From: an uncultured Gemmatimonadota bacterium
Lineage (GTDB): Bacteria > GCA-2686955
Reading direction: 5' to 3'
DNA length: 62,706 bases
Assembly: GCA_964490075.1 (NCBI GenBank)
Contig: CAZBBK010000033.1
Coordinates: 1-62,706 of the forward strand
The notes under the pieces were generated by a model. That model ran no database searches and had not been told where the DNA came from. It saw only the letters and a list, made by a program, of their open reading frames with translations. Below are positions 28,590-36,874 of the stretch, piece by piece (position 1 is the stretch's first letter; every line of letters starts with the position of its first letter). The translations under genes were made by a program, and so were the position numbers.

Positions 28590-29364
28590 GGGGATCGGAG
28601 GGGCCGCGACTTTCGAGGTCGCCAACCCGAGCTCCACCCAACCGGGGGTGTTCAGCTTGCATCAGGGTTCCGGAGCCGCCGTCCACGCATCCGCCCTCGG
28701 ATCCGGTCGGGCCGGCATGTTCGAGAACTTCGACCTGACGAGCGACAATGACGCCCTCACCGCGACGACCAACGGCACCGGCAATGCGCTCGGCGCGATC
28801 AATTACGGCTACGGATCGGTTCTGGAGCTCCAGGTCACCAACACCGGCAACAGCAGCGACGCTTTGACGATCAGCACGGTCGGCGGTGGAGTGGGAGTGT
28901 TCTCGCACGCAAATGGCGCGGCCGGTGTCCACGCGATCGGCAACCCGGGGATCTATGTAGAGGCGCGCGGCCTCCCGTACATGGCCGGCATCTTCGACGG
29001 GAACGTCGACATTTCGGACGCCTGCACCGCGGCAGCGTTCTATGAGACATCCGACGCCCGTTTCAAGTCGGATGTGCGGCCGATCGAGAACGCCCTGGAG
29101 AGCGCGCTCGAGCTCCGCGGCGTCACCTACGAGATGAACAACGACCGAGGAACGACGACCGATGCGCCGGCGCGGGACATCGGCTTCATCGCGCAAGAGG
29201 TCCGAAGTGTGTTGCCTGAAGTGGTCTACCAGAAGAACGACGGTTTTCTCTCCGTCAGCTACACACGCATCGTGCCGATTCTGATCGAGGCGCTGAAAGA
29301 GCAACAGATTCAGATCGAGATGCTCGAGGAGCGCTTGGCGAGACTCGAAGGATTCGTCCGATGA
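28588..29364 (+). CDS. 5'-truncated tail-fibre-like protein with C-terminal peptidase S74 intramolecular chaperone
   Basis: TSDARFKSDV, LRGVTY, IGFIAQEV..VLPEVV, VSY...VPILIEALKEQQ coiled coil; no promoter space or RBS upstream. Confidence 0.8.
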   Translation: MGIGGAATFEVANPSSTQPGVFSLHQGSGAAVHASALGSGRAGMFENFDLTSDNDALTATTNGTGNALGAINYGYGSVLELQVTNTGNSSDALTISTVGGGVGVFSHANGAAGVHAIGNPGIYVEARGLPYMAGIFDGNVDISDACTAAAFYETSDARFKSDVRPIENALESALELRGVTYEMNNDRGTTTDAPARDIGFIAQEVRSVLPEVVYQKNDGFLSVSYTRIVPILIEALKEQQIQIEMLEERLARLEGFVR

Positions 29365-29380
29365 GGTTGTCGCGCACTCA

Positions 29381-29834
29381 TCAGCCAGCATGCACGCCCT
29401 CGGCCTCGAGCTCGGCCCGAAACCGCTTGAGCGATCGATGCACCCGCTGATAGACCGCGTTGCGTTTCGCGCCCGGCGTGCGGCGCCTTCTCGCGCACGG
29501 TCATGGCCGCGATCTGCTCGTGGGCGTCGGGCGGCACGTAGCTCCGCGGGTCTTTGTAGATCCGCAGGATGACGTTTCGCAAGCAGCGATAGGCGAAGCC
29601 GGAGACGCTTTCCTCGATTTCGTCCAGCTTGTCGTGGACGACGATCAGGGCCTCCTGGATCGCGTCGTCGGCGAAGCGCGAGAACCCGGCGCGAAGATGG
29701 CGCGAGGCAACGACCCGGAGGCCGAACGCGAGCCCTCGGAAGAGCTCCTCGCGGGCAGCCGCATCGCCGGCTCGCGCTCGCTCGAGCAGCGCGGCGTGAT
29801 CGATTCGCGCGCTCTCTTCTGGAGCCGGGCTCAA
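29381..29834 (-). pseudogene. ECF sigma-70 factor, frameshifted and internally shortened
   Basis: Region 2: ARAGDAAAREELF...ADDAIQEAL...FAYRCLRN; region 4.2 AKRNAVYQRVHRSLKRFR is in another frame from ~29485; TTGA overlap with the anti-sigma stop. Confidence 0.78.
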
Positions 29835-30517
29835 GCCCCCTCCCCTCGTGTTCCCGGTCCCTCGAGCCGGTGCAAGAGCTCCCGGGCCTCTTCGACCAGG
29901 AGCCCCTGCTCGGCGATCGTTGCCCGCAGATGCAGGACCGCCGCCGCCTCGCGGCCGATCGCCAGGTTGGCGGCGGCCGCGCTCCACCGGTAGTAGGGGT
30001 GGTGCTCGGCCGCGCTCACCGCCGATTCGAAGGCGTCGAGCGCCGGCTGGTTCTGCCCCGCCCTCCAACGCAGGAATCCGAGGCAGAAGCAGTCCTCTGC
30101 CGAAGGATCGGCCCCGGTCGCGGCCAGGATCCGTTCCAGCAGCTCGGCCGCCGGAGCGTATTCCCCGGCGCTCGCCAGTCCCTCGACGGCCGCCGCCGGC
30201 GCTTCGTCCTCGTGATCGCCATTTCCGCGCAGCGCCAGTGCCGGGATCGCGCCGGGATCGGGAAGCAACGCATCGAGGACTTCGCGCGCCCGTCCCGCGA
30301 TCTCGGCCAATCGATCGCCGGGCGAGGGACCGGCCGCGGGCGCCGCCTGGTGGGCGGCCAGAGCTGCGAGATCGGCCTGGGTCCTGCGCACGGCCTCGAT
30401 GCACTCGGCGCATTCGAGCAGATGTCGCTCAAAAGCCTCTTCGTCCGCCAGGTTCATGGCCCCCGCGGCGTAGGCGGAGCGGAGCTGCTCGGCATCGAAT
30501 TGGTCGCAGGCTCTCAT
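29831..30517 (-). CDS. zinc-finger (zf-HC2/ZAS) anti-sigma factor with C-terminal TPR
   Basis: FERHLLECAEC (HxxxCxxC), TPR-like helices, no TM segment; ORF is open upstream to 30640. Confidence 0.82.
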   Translation of the reverse strand: MRACDQFDAEQLRSAYAAGAMNLADEEAFERHLLECAECIEAVRRTQADLAALAAHQAAPAAGPSPGDRLAEIAGRAREVLDALLPDPGAIPALALRGNGDHEDEAPAAAVEGLASAGEYAPAAELLERILAATGADPSAEDCFCLGFLRWRAGQNQPALDAFESAVSAAEHHPYYRWSAAAANLAIGREAAAVLHLRATIAEQGLLVEEARELLHRLEGPGTRGEGA

Positions 30518-30617
30518 CTCGGTGTACCAGCTCGGAGCTCGGTTCGAGGATCCGGGTTCGCCGCCTCGTTCCTCTGTCGCCCGACGGAACCAGCTCTTAC
30601 CAGGCGCGGCGGCGGCA

Positions 30618-33600
30618 TCATTCGGCGGAGCCCCAGACACCGAAGCCCGCCCACAAGAATGGATGCGCCGCCGGAAGTCCGCAAGGGGAGCTCGAAGGGT
30701 CTCCTGCGCGAGCCCGCGCCAGCAGCTCCCGGCGCGCGCCGGCGAGAGCGGCGACGGGATCGCGAGCCTCGGGGCCGAGGCAGCGGTAGAAGCGAGTGAC
30801 GAGCTCGGCGCTGGCGCGGTCGTCGATCGGCCAGAGGCTGGCGACGACGGTTCGCGCGCCGGCGCGCACGAAGGCCCGGGTGAGACTCACCAGTCCTTCG
30901 CCGGCGCTACGAGGTCCCGACGCGACCTCGCAGGCCGAGATGACGACGAGTGGGTGTCGGGGAAGCGCGATCTCCGCGATTTCGAAGGCCTGCAGGAGCG
31001 CATCTTCTCCGGGCGCCCCGCCGGAAGAGAGCACGAGGCCCGAATGTTCCGGGCTCTTGTCGTCGAGGAGTCCGTGGCAGCCCAGGTGGACGATGTCGGC
31101 GCCCGCGACCTCGTTGCGGTAGGTCTCTTCACGGGCGTCATCGCCCACGAAGGAGTCGACTCGATTGCCACCGAAGACCTCGTCAAGCGCTTCGACCTCC
31201 GCGCGCGTTCCGGGCAGATTCCTCAGACGGGCGCCTCGAGCGGACGCGCGGAGCCGCGTCGACTCCGGTCCGGTGTCTTCGTAGCTGGGATCGGCCAAGG
31301 CCACCACCCGGGATGGACGTTGGTGGTGGCGGGTGGGGTGGAGACCGGGGTCGGCCAAAGTGGCCGATGGAGAGTAGAGCAGCTCGAATCGTTCGCAGAA
31401 GTACTCCGGCGCCGCATAGGGCGAGACTCGTCCGCCGGGATCCGACCATCCCCGCTGGCCGGGGAGTCGGAGCACCAGAAGCTCGAAGGGAAGCCCGTGC
31501 AAGGGACCGTCGGGGACCACGACCAAGCGCGCGACGCCGTCGAGCAGATCGAGCGCGGGGCCGAGGACGTGTCTCCCGATCGCCTGGAGCCGCGCGGGGG
31601 TCACCGAGAGCATCGCCAGCGCAGCGCCCTTCGACGCAGCCTTCCTGACAGGCTCGAGCAGGCGCGCCACCATCTCCTCCAGCTCGGTCCGCCCGGCTTC
31701 CAGCCGGACGAGGCGCAGTCGATCGGCGCGGACGATCCACGGGTACGTGACGCGCTCGCTCACCAGGTAGTGGAGCAGCGCGCGATCGCTCGAGCCGAGC
31801 ACGCGGGCCTGCACCTCCGAGAGCGAGAGCGCGGGCGTCAGCCCCTCGTCAGCGGCGCGCGCCGGCCAGCGCAATCCGATCTCGTCGAGCAGATCCCGGT
31901 GCTCCCGCCGCACCTCGCGCAGCTCCGCCGCGAGGCGATCCACCAGTCCGGCACGTGGGTTCGCACGCGAGCTCTCCGCCATCAGGGAGCTCTGGAGAGC
32001 CCTAAGGCGCAGCTCGATCGCCTCTCTCATCGCCCGGGTCGGGTTCGGCACCGCGCCGACGGAGGGACTCGGCCGCAGGTGTTGCAGCAACGAACGCCCT
32101 TTCATCCGCTCGGCCAGCTCGAACGCCTCCCGGATCCCCCCGGGCGAATCGCCGGACACGAGCAGCGCCACCGCCTCTTCCACCGTGCTGCGCACACTTT
32201 CCAGGAGCCGCGATCGACGGGCGTCGGTTCCCACTTCGAGCAACAGCCCCTCGGTTCCTTCGATCGAGGCGCGGAAACAGCGAAGCGCCGCGTCGGGCTG
32301 CCCCAGCTCCGCATGCGCTCTGGCCAGGGTGGCCTGGGTGGGGACCAGGGCCGACTCCACGCTTCCGATCGAATCGAGCAGCGAGAGGGCCTGCCGCGCG
32401 TCCTGCCGGGCCGCCGCGGGCTGGTGGGCGGCGAGGCGAACCTCGGCCAACGATCCGAGACAGATCGCCTCTTGCATTCGGTCGCCGAGCGCTCGGTGCA
32501 GCGCGAGCGCCTGCTCCGCCCGGGTCTCCGCCTCGTCCAACTCGCCGTTGCGCAGCGCCTCCGCCCCGAGTGCTTGCAGAGCGCAACCTTCCAACCGGGA
32601 ATCGCCGAGCTCGCGCGCCCTTCCCAGAGACGCATCGAGCCCCGCGCGCACGTCGCCCCACTCCCGCGAATCGGAACGGGCCAGCGCCAGCTCCATGACC
32701 GCCCACGCTTCCATGCGCCCGGTGCGCAGCCGGCGATGTATCGGAAGCGCCAGCTCCAGGATCGCCGCGGCCCTCTCCGCCGAGCCTGTACGACGGTGGA
32801 ACTGGCCGAGGAGCAGAAGGGCGACGGCCTCGCCGCGCCGATTGCCGATGCTCCGATGCAGTCCGAGCGCTTCGTCCAGCGCCGCGAAAGCCTCGGGCAC
32901 CCGTCCGAGGTCCATCTCGATGGAGCTCAACCAGTAGTTGGAGCGCGCTTCGAAGTCCCGCTCTCCGTGTGCGCGGGCGAGCTCGAGCGCGCGGCGATGA
33001 TCTCGACGCGCCCGATCCAGCTCTCCCCGTTCCTGGTGCAAGGCGGCCAGGTTTCCCAGGCAGGCGATTTGTCCGCGCGGATCGCCACACTCCCGGTAGC
33101 GGCGGAGCGCCAGGCGATGGCATCGACCCGCGGATTCGGGACGGCCGCTTTCGCCATGGACCAGGCCCAGATTGCCCAGCGCGACCGCGATCGGCCGCGT
33201 CTCGCCCGCGGCGCGCAGCACCGCGAGCGCGGTGCGGTACAGGACCCGGGCGCGCTCGGGCATCGCTTGCTGAGCTCGAGCGAAGCCGAGGCACTGTAAG
33301 AGTCTTCCCAATCCGCGCCGGTCACGCCTCCGCAGCGCCTCCTCGGCCCGCGGCCGGGCCAGCGCCACGGCATCCGGAATCCGTCCGGTCATGATCAGGA
33401 ATCGACTCAGCGCCAGAGCGGCCCGCCAATCGCCGCCGCGGGCGATCTCGTCGAGCGCGGGCACCAACGCCTCGAAGCTCGGCCACTCGGAGCGCAGCGA
33501 CAGATGCGTGGCGCGCAAGATGGTGAGCTCGTGCCGGTCGCGATCACCGGTCCGCGGCGCGCGGCGCTCGATCGCGTCGAGAAAGGACGCCGGCGGGCCG

Positions 33601-34106
33601 TCGGCGGTCAGAGTCAGGCGATGCCCGAGCGCGACGGCGACCAGACGGGCGTTCTCGTCGCCGAGCCTCCCGCCGAGAAGGGGGCGGACGTTTCGATAGC
33701 GTGGATCTTCGCCCCGCCTCGCGATCGCCTCGAAGAGCGCACTCTCGAGACGGTGGGCGGCCTCGGCCCGGAGCATGGCGCTGCGCGCCCGGGCGACGAC
33801 TTCGCGCGCGCTCGGAGTGCCCGGGGAGTCGATTGCGGGAGCCGGCGCCGCCTCGATCTCCCCGCCGAGAGCATCCAGGGCCGCCGCGGGCCACTGCCCC
33901 AGTCCCGGCAGGCCCCGCCGCTCCTCGGCCGCTGCGGTGGTCGCCCGGGCCGCCTCTCGAGCTCTGGTTTCGGCGACGACTTCACCCAGCTCGACCAGCG
34001 TCCACGCATCTCGTCGCCCAGCTACCCAGGTTCGCGCGGCTCGTGCGGAGAGTCGCTGGCGCAGCAGAGCGCGCCAGGCACCGTCGGTCGGTTGCTCTGT
34101 GGCCAA
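30618..34106 (-). CDS. TPR-CHAT (caspase-like, clan CD) protease
   Basis: Many TPRs (ALGNLG, CLGNLA, CLGSLA); VVPDGPLHGLPFE, LPGTRAEV, VHLGCHG (His), ISACE (Cys), ASLWPIDD, HPFLWAGF. Confidence 0.93.
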   Translation of the reverse strand: MATEQPTDGAWRALLRQRLSARAARTWVAGRRDAWTLVELGEVVAETRAREAARATTAAAEERRGLPGLGQWPAAALDALGGEIEAAPAPAIDSPGTPSAREVVARARSAMLRAEAAHRLESALFEAIARRGEDPRYRNVRPLLGGRLGDENARLVAVALGHRLTLTADGPPASFLDAIERRAPRTGDRDRHELTILRATHLSLRSEWPSFEALVPALDEIARGGDWRAALALSRFLIMTGRIPDAVALARPRAEEALRRRDRRGLGRLLQCLGFARAQQAMPERARVLYRTALAVLRAAGETRPIAVALGNLGLVHGESGRPESAGRCHRLALRRYRECGDPRGQIACLGNLAALHQERGELDRARRDHRRALELARAHGERDFEARSNYWLSSIEMDLGRVPEAFAALDEALGLHRSIGNRRGEAVALLLLGQFHRRTGSAERAAAILELALPIHRRLRTGRMEAWAVMELALARSDSREWGDVRAGLDASLGRARELGDSRLEGCALQALGAEALRNGELDEAETRAEQALALHRALGDRMQEAICLGSLAEVRLAAHQPAAARQDARQALSLLDSIGSVESALVPTQATLARAHAELGQPDAALRCFRASIEGTEGLLLEVGTDARRSRLLESVRSTVEEAVALLVSGDSPGGIREAFELAERMKGRSLLQHLRPSPSVGAVPNPTRAMREAIELRLRALQSSLMAESSRANPRAGLVDRLAAELREVRREHRDLLDEIGLRWPARAADEGLTPALSLSEVQARVLGSSDRALLHYLVSERVTYPWIVRADRLRLVRLEAGRTELEEMVARLLEPVRKAASKGAALAMLSVTPARLQAIGRHVLGPALDLLDGVARLVVVPDGPLHGLPFELLVLRLPGQRGWSDPGGRVSPYAAPEYFCERFELLYSPSATLADPGLHPTRHHQRPSRVVALADPSYEDTGPESTRLRASARGARLRNLPGTRAEVEALDEVFGGNRVDSFVGDDAREETYRNEVAGADIVHLGCHGLLDDKSPEHSGLVLSSGGAPGEDALLQAFEIAEIALPRHPLVVISACEVASGPRSAGEGLVSLTRAFVRAGARTVVASLWPIDDRASAELVTRFYRCLGPEARDPVAALAGARRELLARARAGDPSSSPCGLPAAHPFLWAGFGVWGSAE

Positions 34107-34233
34107 GGCCGGCCCTCCCGCGGGCGTCTCGCCCGTTCAGCATCGCCGATGCGCAACAGCCATGATCCGCCACCCAATTCGTGACCGAGCCATGCAGATC
34201 TTGGCCGCAGGGTCCACTCGAGAATAACGCCCC

Positions 34234-35022
34234 TCACGAAGAAGCCGAAGAGTAGCTGCGCACTCCCCGGCTCCAGAAGGCAAGCATCGCGATCCAGGCG
34301 ATCGCGGTCACGCCCAGGACGTGCAGCACCGTGATCAGGGTCGCCTCGCCGAAGAGCACCCGGGTGGGGTAGGAGGTGATCAGGCAGAGGGGCAGGATCG
34401 AGACCAGGACCCGGCGCGCCCAGCCACGGTAGATCCGATCCGGGCGCTGGGACAGGTGCTGCAGCGACCAGAAGAGCTCGTCGAAGCCGCGGCTCGATTG
34501 GATCCAGAACACCGGGATCAGGAAGAAGAGGTGGAGCGCGAAGAAGAGCAACATTCCGATGATGACCAAGATGCCGTAGAGCAGCAGCGCGCCGATGCCG
34601 AAAGGCTCGGGATAGCGCAGCATCGCCCACACCAGGAGTCCGAGGGCGATCACCAGGTTCAAGAAGGAGTTGGCGGCGAAGTCGCGCGTCCCCAGCACGA
34701 AGAGCGACGACACCGGACGCACCAGGTAGTAGTCGACGTCTCCCCGATTCACATAGATCGGCAGCCACCACAGGTTGTTGGCGAAGATCGTCATCTGCAA
34801 GGCGTCGGCCACGAACACTCCGGCCACGAAGACCCACGCCTGGTCCAGATTCCAGCCGCCCAGCAGCGTGGTGTGGCGGTAGAGCACGCCGAAGAAGGCG
34901 AGCTGCACGGCATAGAAGGTGCAGTCCATGACCACCCGGAAGAAGAAGTCGAGACGGAATTCCATCGCCCGGCTGAAGGAGAAGCGCACGAAGTAGGCAT
35001 AGAGTCTGAGATAGCGCGACAT
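34234..35022 (-). CDS. ABC-2 family transporter permease
   Basis: MEFRLDF, LGGWNLDQ, VNRGDVDYYLVRP; multiple TM segments. Confidence 0.88.
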   Translation of the reverse strand: MSRYLRLYAYFVRFSFSRAMEFRLDFFFRVVMDCTFYAVQLAFFGVLYRHTTLLGGWNLDQAWVFVAGVFVADALQMTIFANNLWWLPIYVNRGDVDYYLVRPVSSLFVLGTRDFAANSFLNLVIALGLLVWAMLRYPEPFGIGALLLYGILVIIGMLLFFALHLFFLIPVFWIQSSRGFDELFWSLQHLSQRPDRIYRGWARRVLVSILPLCLITSYPTRVLFGEATLITVLHVLGVTAIAWIAMLAFWSRGVRSYSSASS

Positions 35023-35834
35023 CAGATGCCAACCCCTGTGTAGTGCAGATCGCCGCGCTTCCAGACCACGCGCACCAGGGCGGCCAGGATCGCGGCCCAG
35101 CACAGCGCGACGGCGATTCCGGTCGCCAGCTCGGCGCCGCTCACTGCCCCCAGCAGCACCCGCACCGGGAAGTAGGTCAGGTACTGAAAAGGCAGCCAGG
35201 TCAAGAGCTCCTGCGCCCACTGCGGATAGAGGTCGAGCGGCAGCATCATTCCGCCCAGGATGCCGACCACGAAACGCAGCATCACATCCAGGCTCCAGAC
35301 ATTGTCCGCCCAAAAGGCGACACCCTCGATCGGCGCCTTGATGAGGAAATGGAGCAGGTTGCCGATCGCCACCACCACGATCGTCGCCGCGACCGAGCCC
35401 GGACTGATTTGCGCCAGCGACTGGCGGTCGATGAAGAGCGCCGCAACCAGGGCGAAGAGCATCACCTGCACGGAGATCGGCGCCAGCGCTCCCAGGTGCT
35501 GCGCGTACTTGTAGCGAAAGAACCCGATCGGGTAGACGATGTAGCGAGTGTAGCTTCCTTCGTAGATCTCTGTCGCCAGAGCGGCCTGGCGCTCCTGCCC
35601 CCTCACCAGCTTGGTCAAGAGAATCGCCAGGATGTAGTAGAGCAGCATATCGTGAAAGCTGTAGCCGGCGATGATGCTCTGTCCCGACTCCGCGAACATC
35701 GCTTCCCAGAGGAAGTAGATGATGGCGAACTGTGCCAGGAAGCCGAATGCGCTGTTGAGCCAGAACTCGGCCCGGTAGCTCATCAGCTTGCGTGCCTCGA
35801 TGCTCAACACATGCCCGAAGAGCGCCGGGCTCAC
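35022..35834 (-). CDS. ABC-2 family transporter permease
   Basis: MSYRAEF, IAGYSF, EIYEGS...YP, LGGMMLPLDLYP, LPFQYLTYFP. Confidence 0.88.
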   Translation of the reverse strand: MSPALFGHVLSIEARKLMSYRAEFWLNSAFGFLAQFAIIYFLWEAMFAESGQSIIAGYSFHDMLLYYILAILLTKLVRGQERQAALATEIYEGSYTRYIVYPIGFFRYKYAQHLGALAPISVQVMLFALVAALFIDRQSLAQISPGSVAATIVVVAIGNLLHFLIKAPIEGVAFWADNVWSLDVMLRFVVGILGGMMLPLDLYPQWAQELLTWLPFQYLTYFPVRVLLGAVSGAELATGIAVALCWAAILAALVRVVWKRGDLHYTGVGI

Positions 35835-36835
35835 GGTCGATCCGTCTGGCGGGCGGCGATGATCCGCTCGATGATGTCGCCGATCGCAGGCTCCTCCAGC
35901 GTCAGGTCGGCGACCGGGTAGCGGTCCAGCACGTGGGCCGCGGCGGCCGCCGCCTGGGCCCGGGGCACGTGCAGGCGGATCAGCTCGGCCGAGCACTCCT
36001 GCACCGCGCCGACCGCGTTCAGCTCGGGCGTATCGCAGATGAGCTCGTCGGTCTCGGCCAGGTGGACGGTCAGCACCTTGTAACCGGCATGCGTCTCCAC
36101 CACCCGGTCCAGCCGGCCGTTGTAGACGATCTCGCCCTCGCGGATGATCAGAATCCGCTTGCAGAGCCGCTCGATGTCTTCCATGTAGTGGCTGGTGAGC
36201 AGCATCGAGGGGGCATGCATCTCGCGGTACTCGAGAAGGAACTCGCGAATCGAGCGCTGCGCCGAGAGATCCAGGCCGATCGTCGGTTCATCCAGAAACA
36301 CCACTTTCGGGGAGTGCAGCAGGGCCGCGATCAGCTCCATCTTCATGCGCTCGCCGAGCGAGAGCCGCCGAATCTGTATGTTCAGCTGATCGCGAATGCG
36401 CAACACATCGGCGAGATGGTCGAGGGTGCGCTGGTAGCGCTCGGTCGGAATCCGGTAGATCTCTTTCAGCACCAGGAAGCAGTCGGCCGCCGGCAGATCC
36501 CACCAGAGCTGTGCCTTCTGGCCCATGATCAGGGCGATGCGGCGGCGGAAGTCGTTGTGGCGATCCCAGGGATCGTGACCCAGCACCCGCGCCCGACCCG
36601 CGCTGGGATGGATGATGCCGGCCAGCATCTTGACGATCGTCGTCTTGCCGGCGCCGTTGGCGCCCACCAGGCCGACGATCTCTCCTTCGGCCATGTCGAA
36701 GGAGACGCCGCGCACCGCCTCCTTGATTACGGCGTCGCGCACCACCAGCGCGCGCATCGAGCCCAGCAGGCCCGGCGCTTTGCGGTGGACCTTGAACTCC
36801 TTGCGCAGCTCGCGCACCTGAACGATCGCGCTCAT
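35831..36835 (-). CDS. ABC transporter ATP-binding protein (DrrA-like)
   Basis: Walker A GANGAGKT, signature LSLGE, Walker B FLDEPT, TSH. Confidence 0.95.
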   Translation of the reverse strand: MSAIVQVRELRKEFKVHRKAPGLLGSMRALVVRDAVIKEAVRGVSFDMAEGEIVGLVGANGAGKTTIVKMLAGIIHPSAGRARVLGHDPWDRHNDFRRRIALIMGQKAQLWWDLPAADCFLVLKEIYRIPTERYQRTLDHLADVLRIRDQLNIQIRRLSLGERMKMELIAALLHSPKVVFLDEPTIGLDLSAQRSIREFLLEYREMHAPSMLLTSHYMEDIERLCKRILIIREGEIVYNGRLDRVVETHAGYKVLTVHLAETDELICDTPELNAVGAVQECSAELIRLHVPRAQAAAAAAHVLDRYPVADLTLEEPAIGDIIERIIAARQTDRP

Positions 36836-36874
36836 GGCCGCGAACCATAACCGACCGGCCGCCAGGCCGGGTCT

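Noticed and set aside
28588-29364. Prophage
   Set aside because: The S74 domain is the only phage-like feature; no integrase, terminase, capsid or tail genes
27184-29391. 735-aa ORF read as one gene
   Set aside because: Only the last ~250 aa (LVIVD) look real; the rest is antisense to the S74 gene or out of frame with the LVIVD 5' part
30522-33299. Long antisense and alternate-frame ORFs (also 43937-46693, 19817-21979, 42340-44265 and others)
   Set aside because: Expected in high-GC DNA opposite real genes; Arg/Ala/Gly-rich with no motifs
29381-34106. Type III-E CRISPR (Craspase) locus
   Set aside because: No gRAMP/Cas7-11, other cas genes or repeat-spacer array in the window
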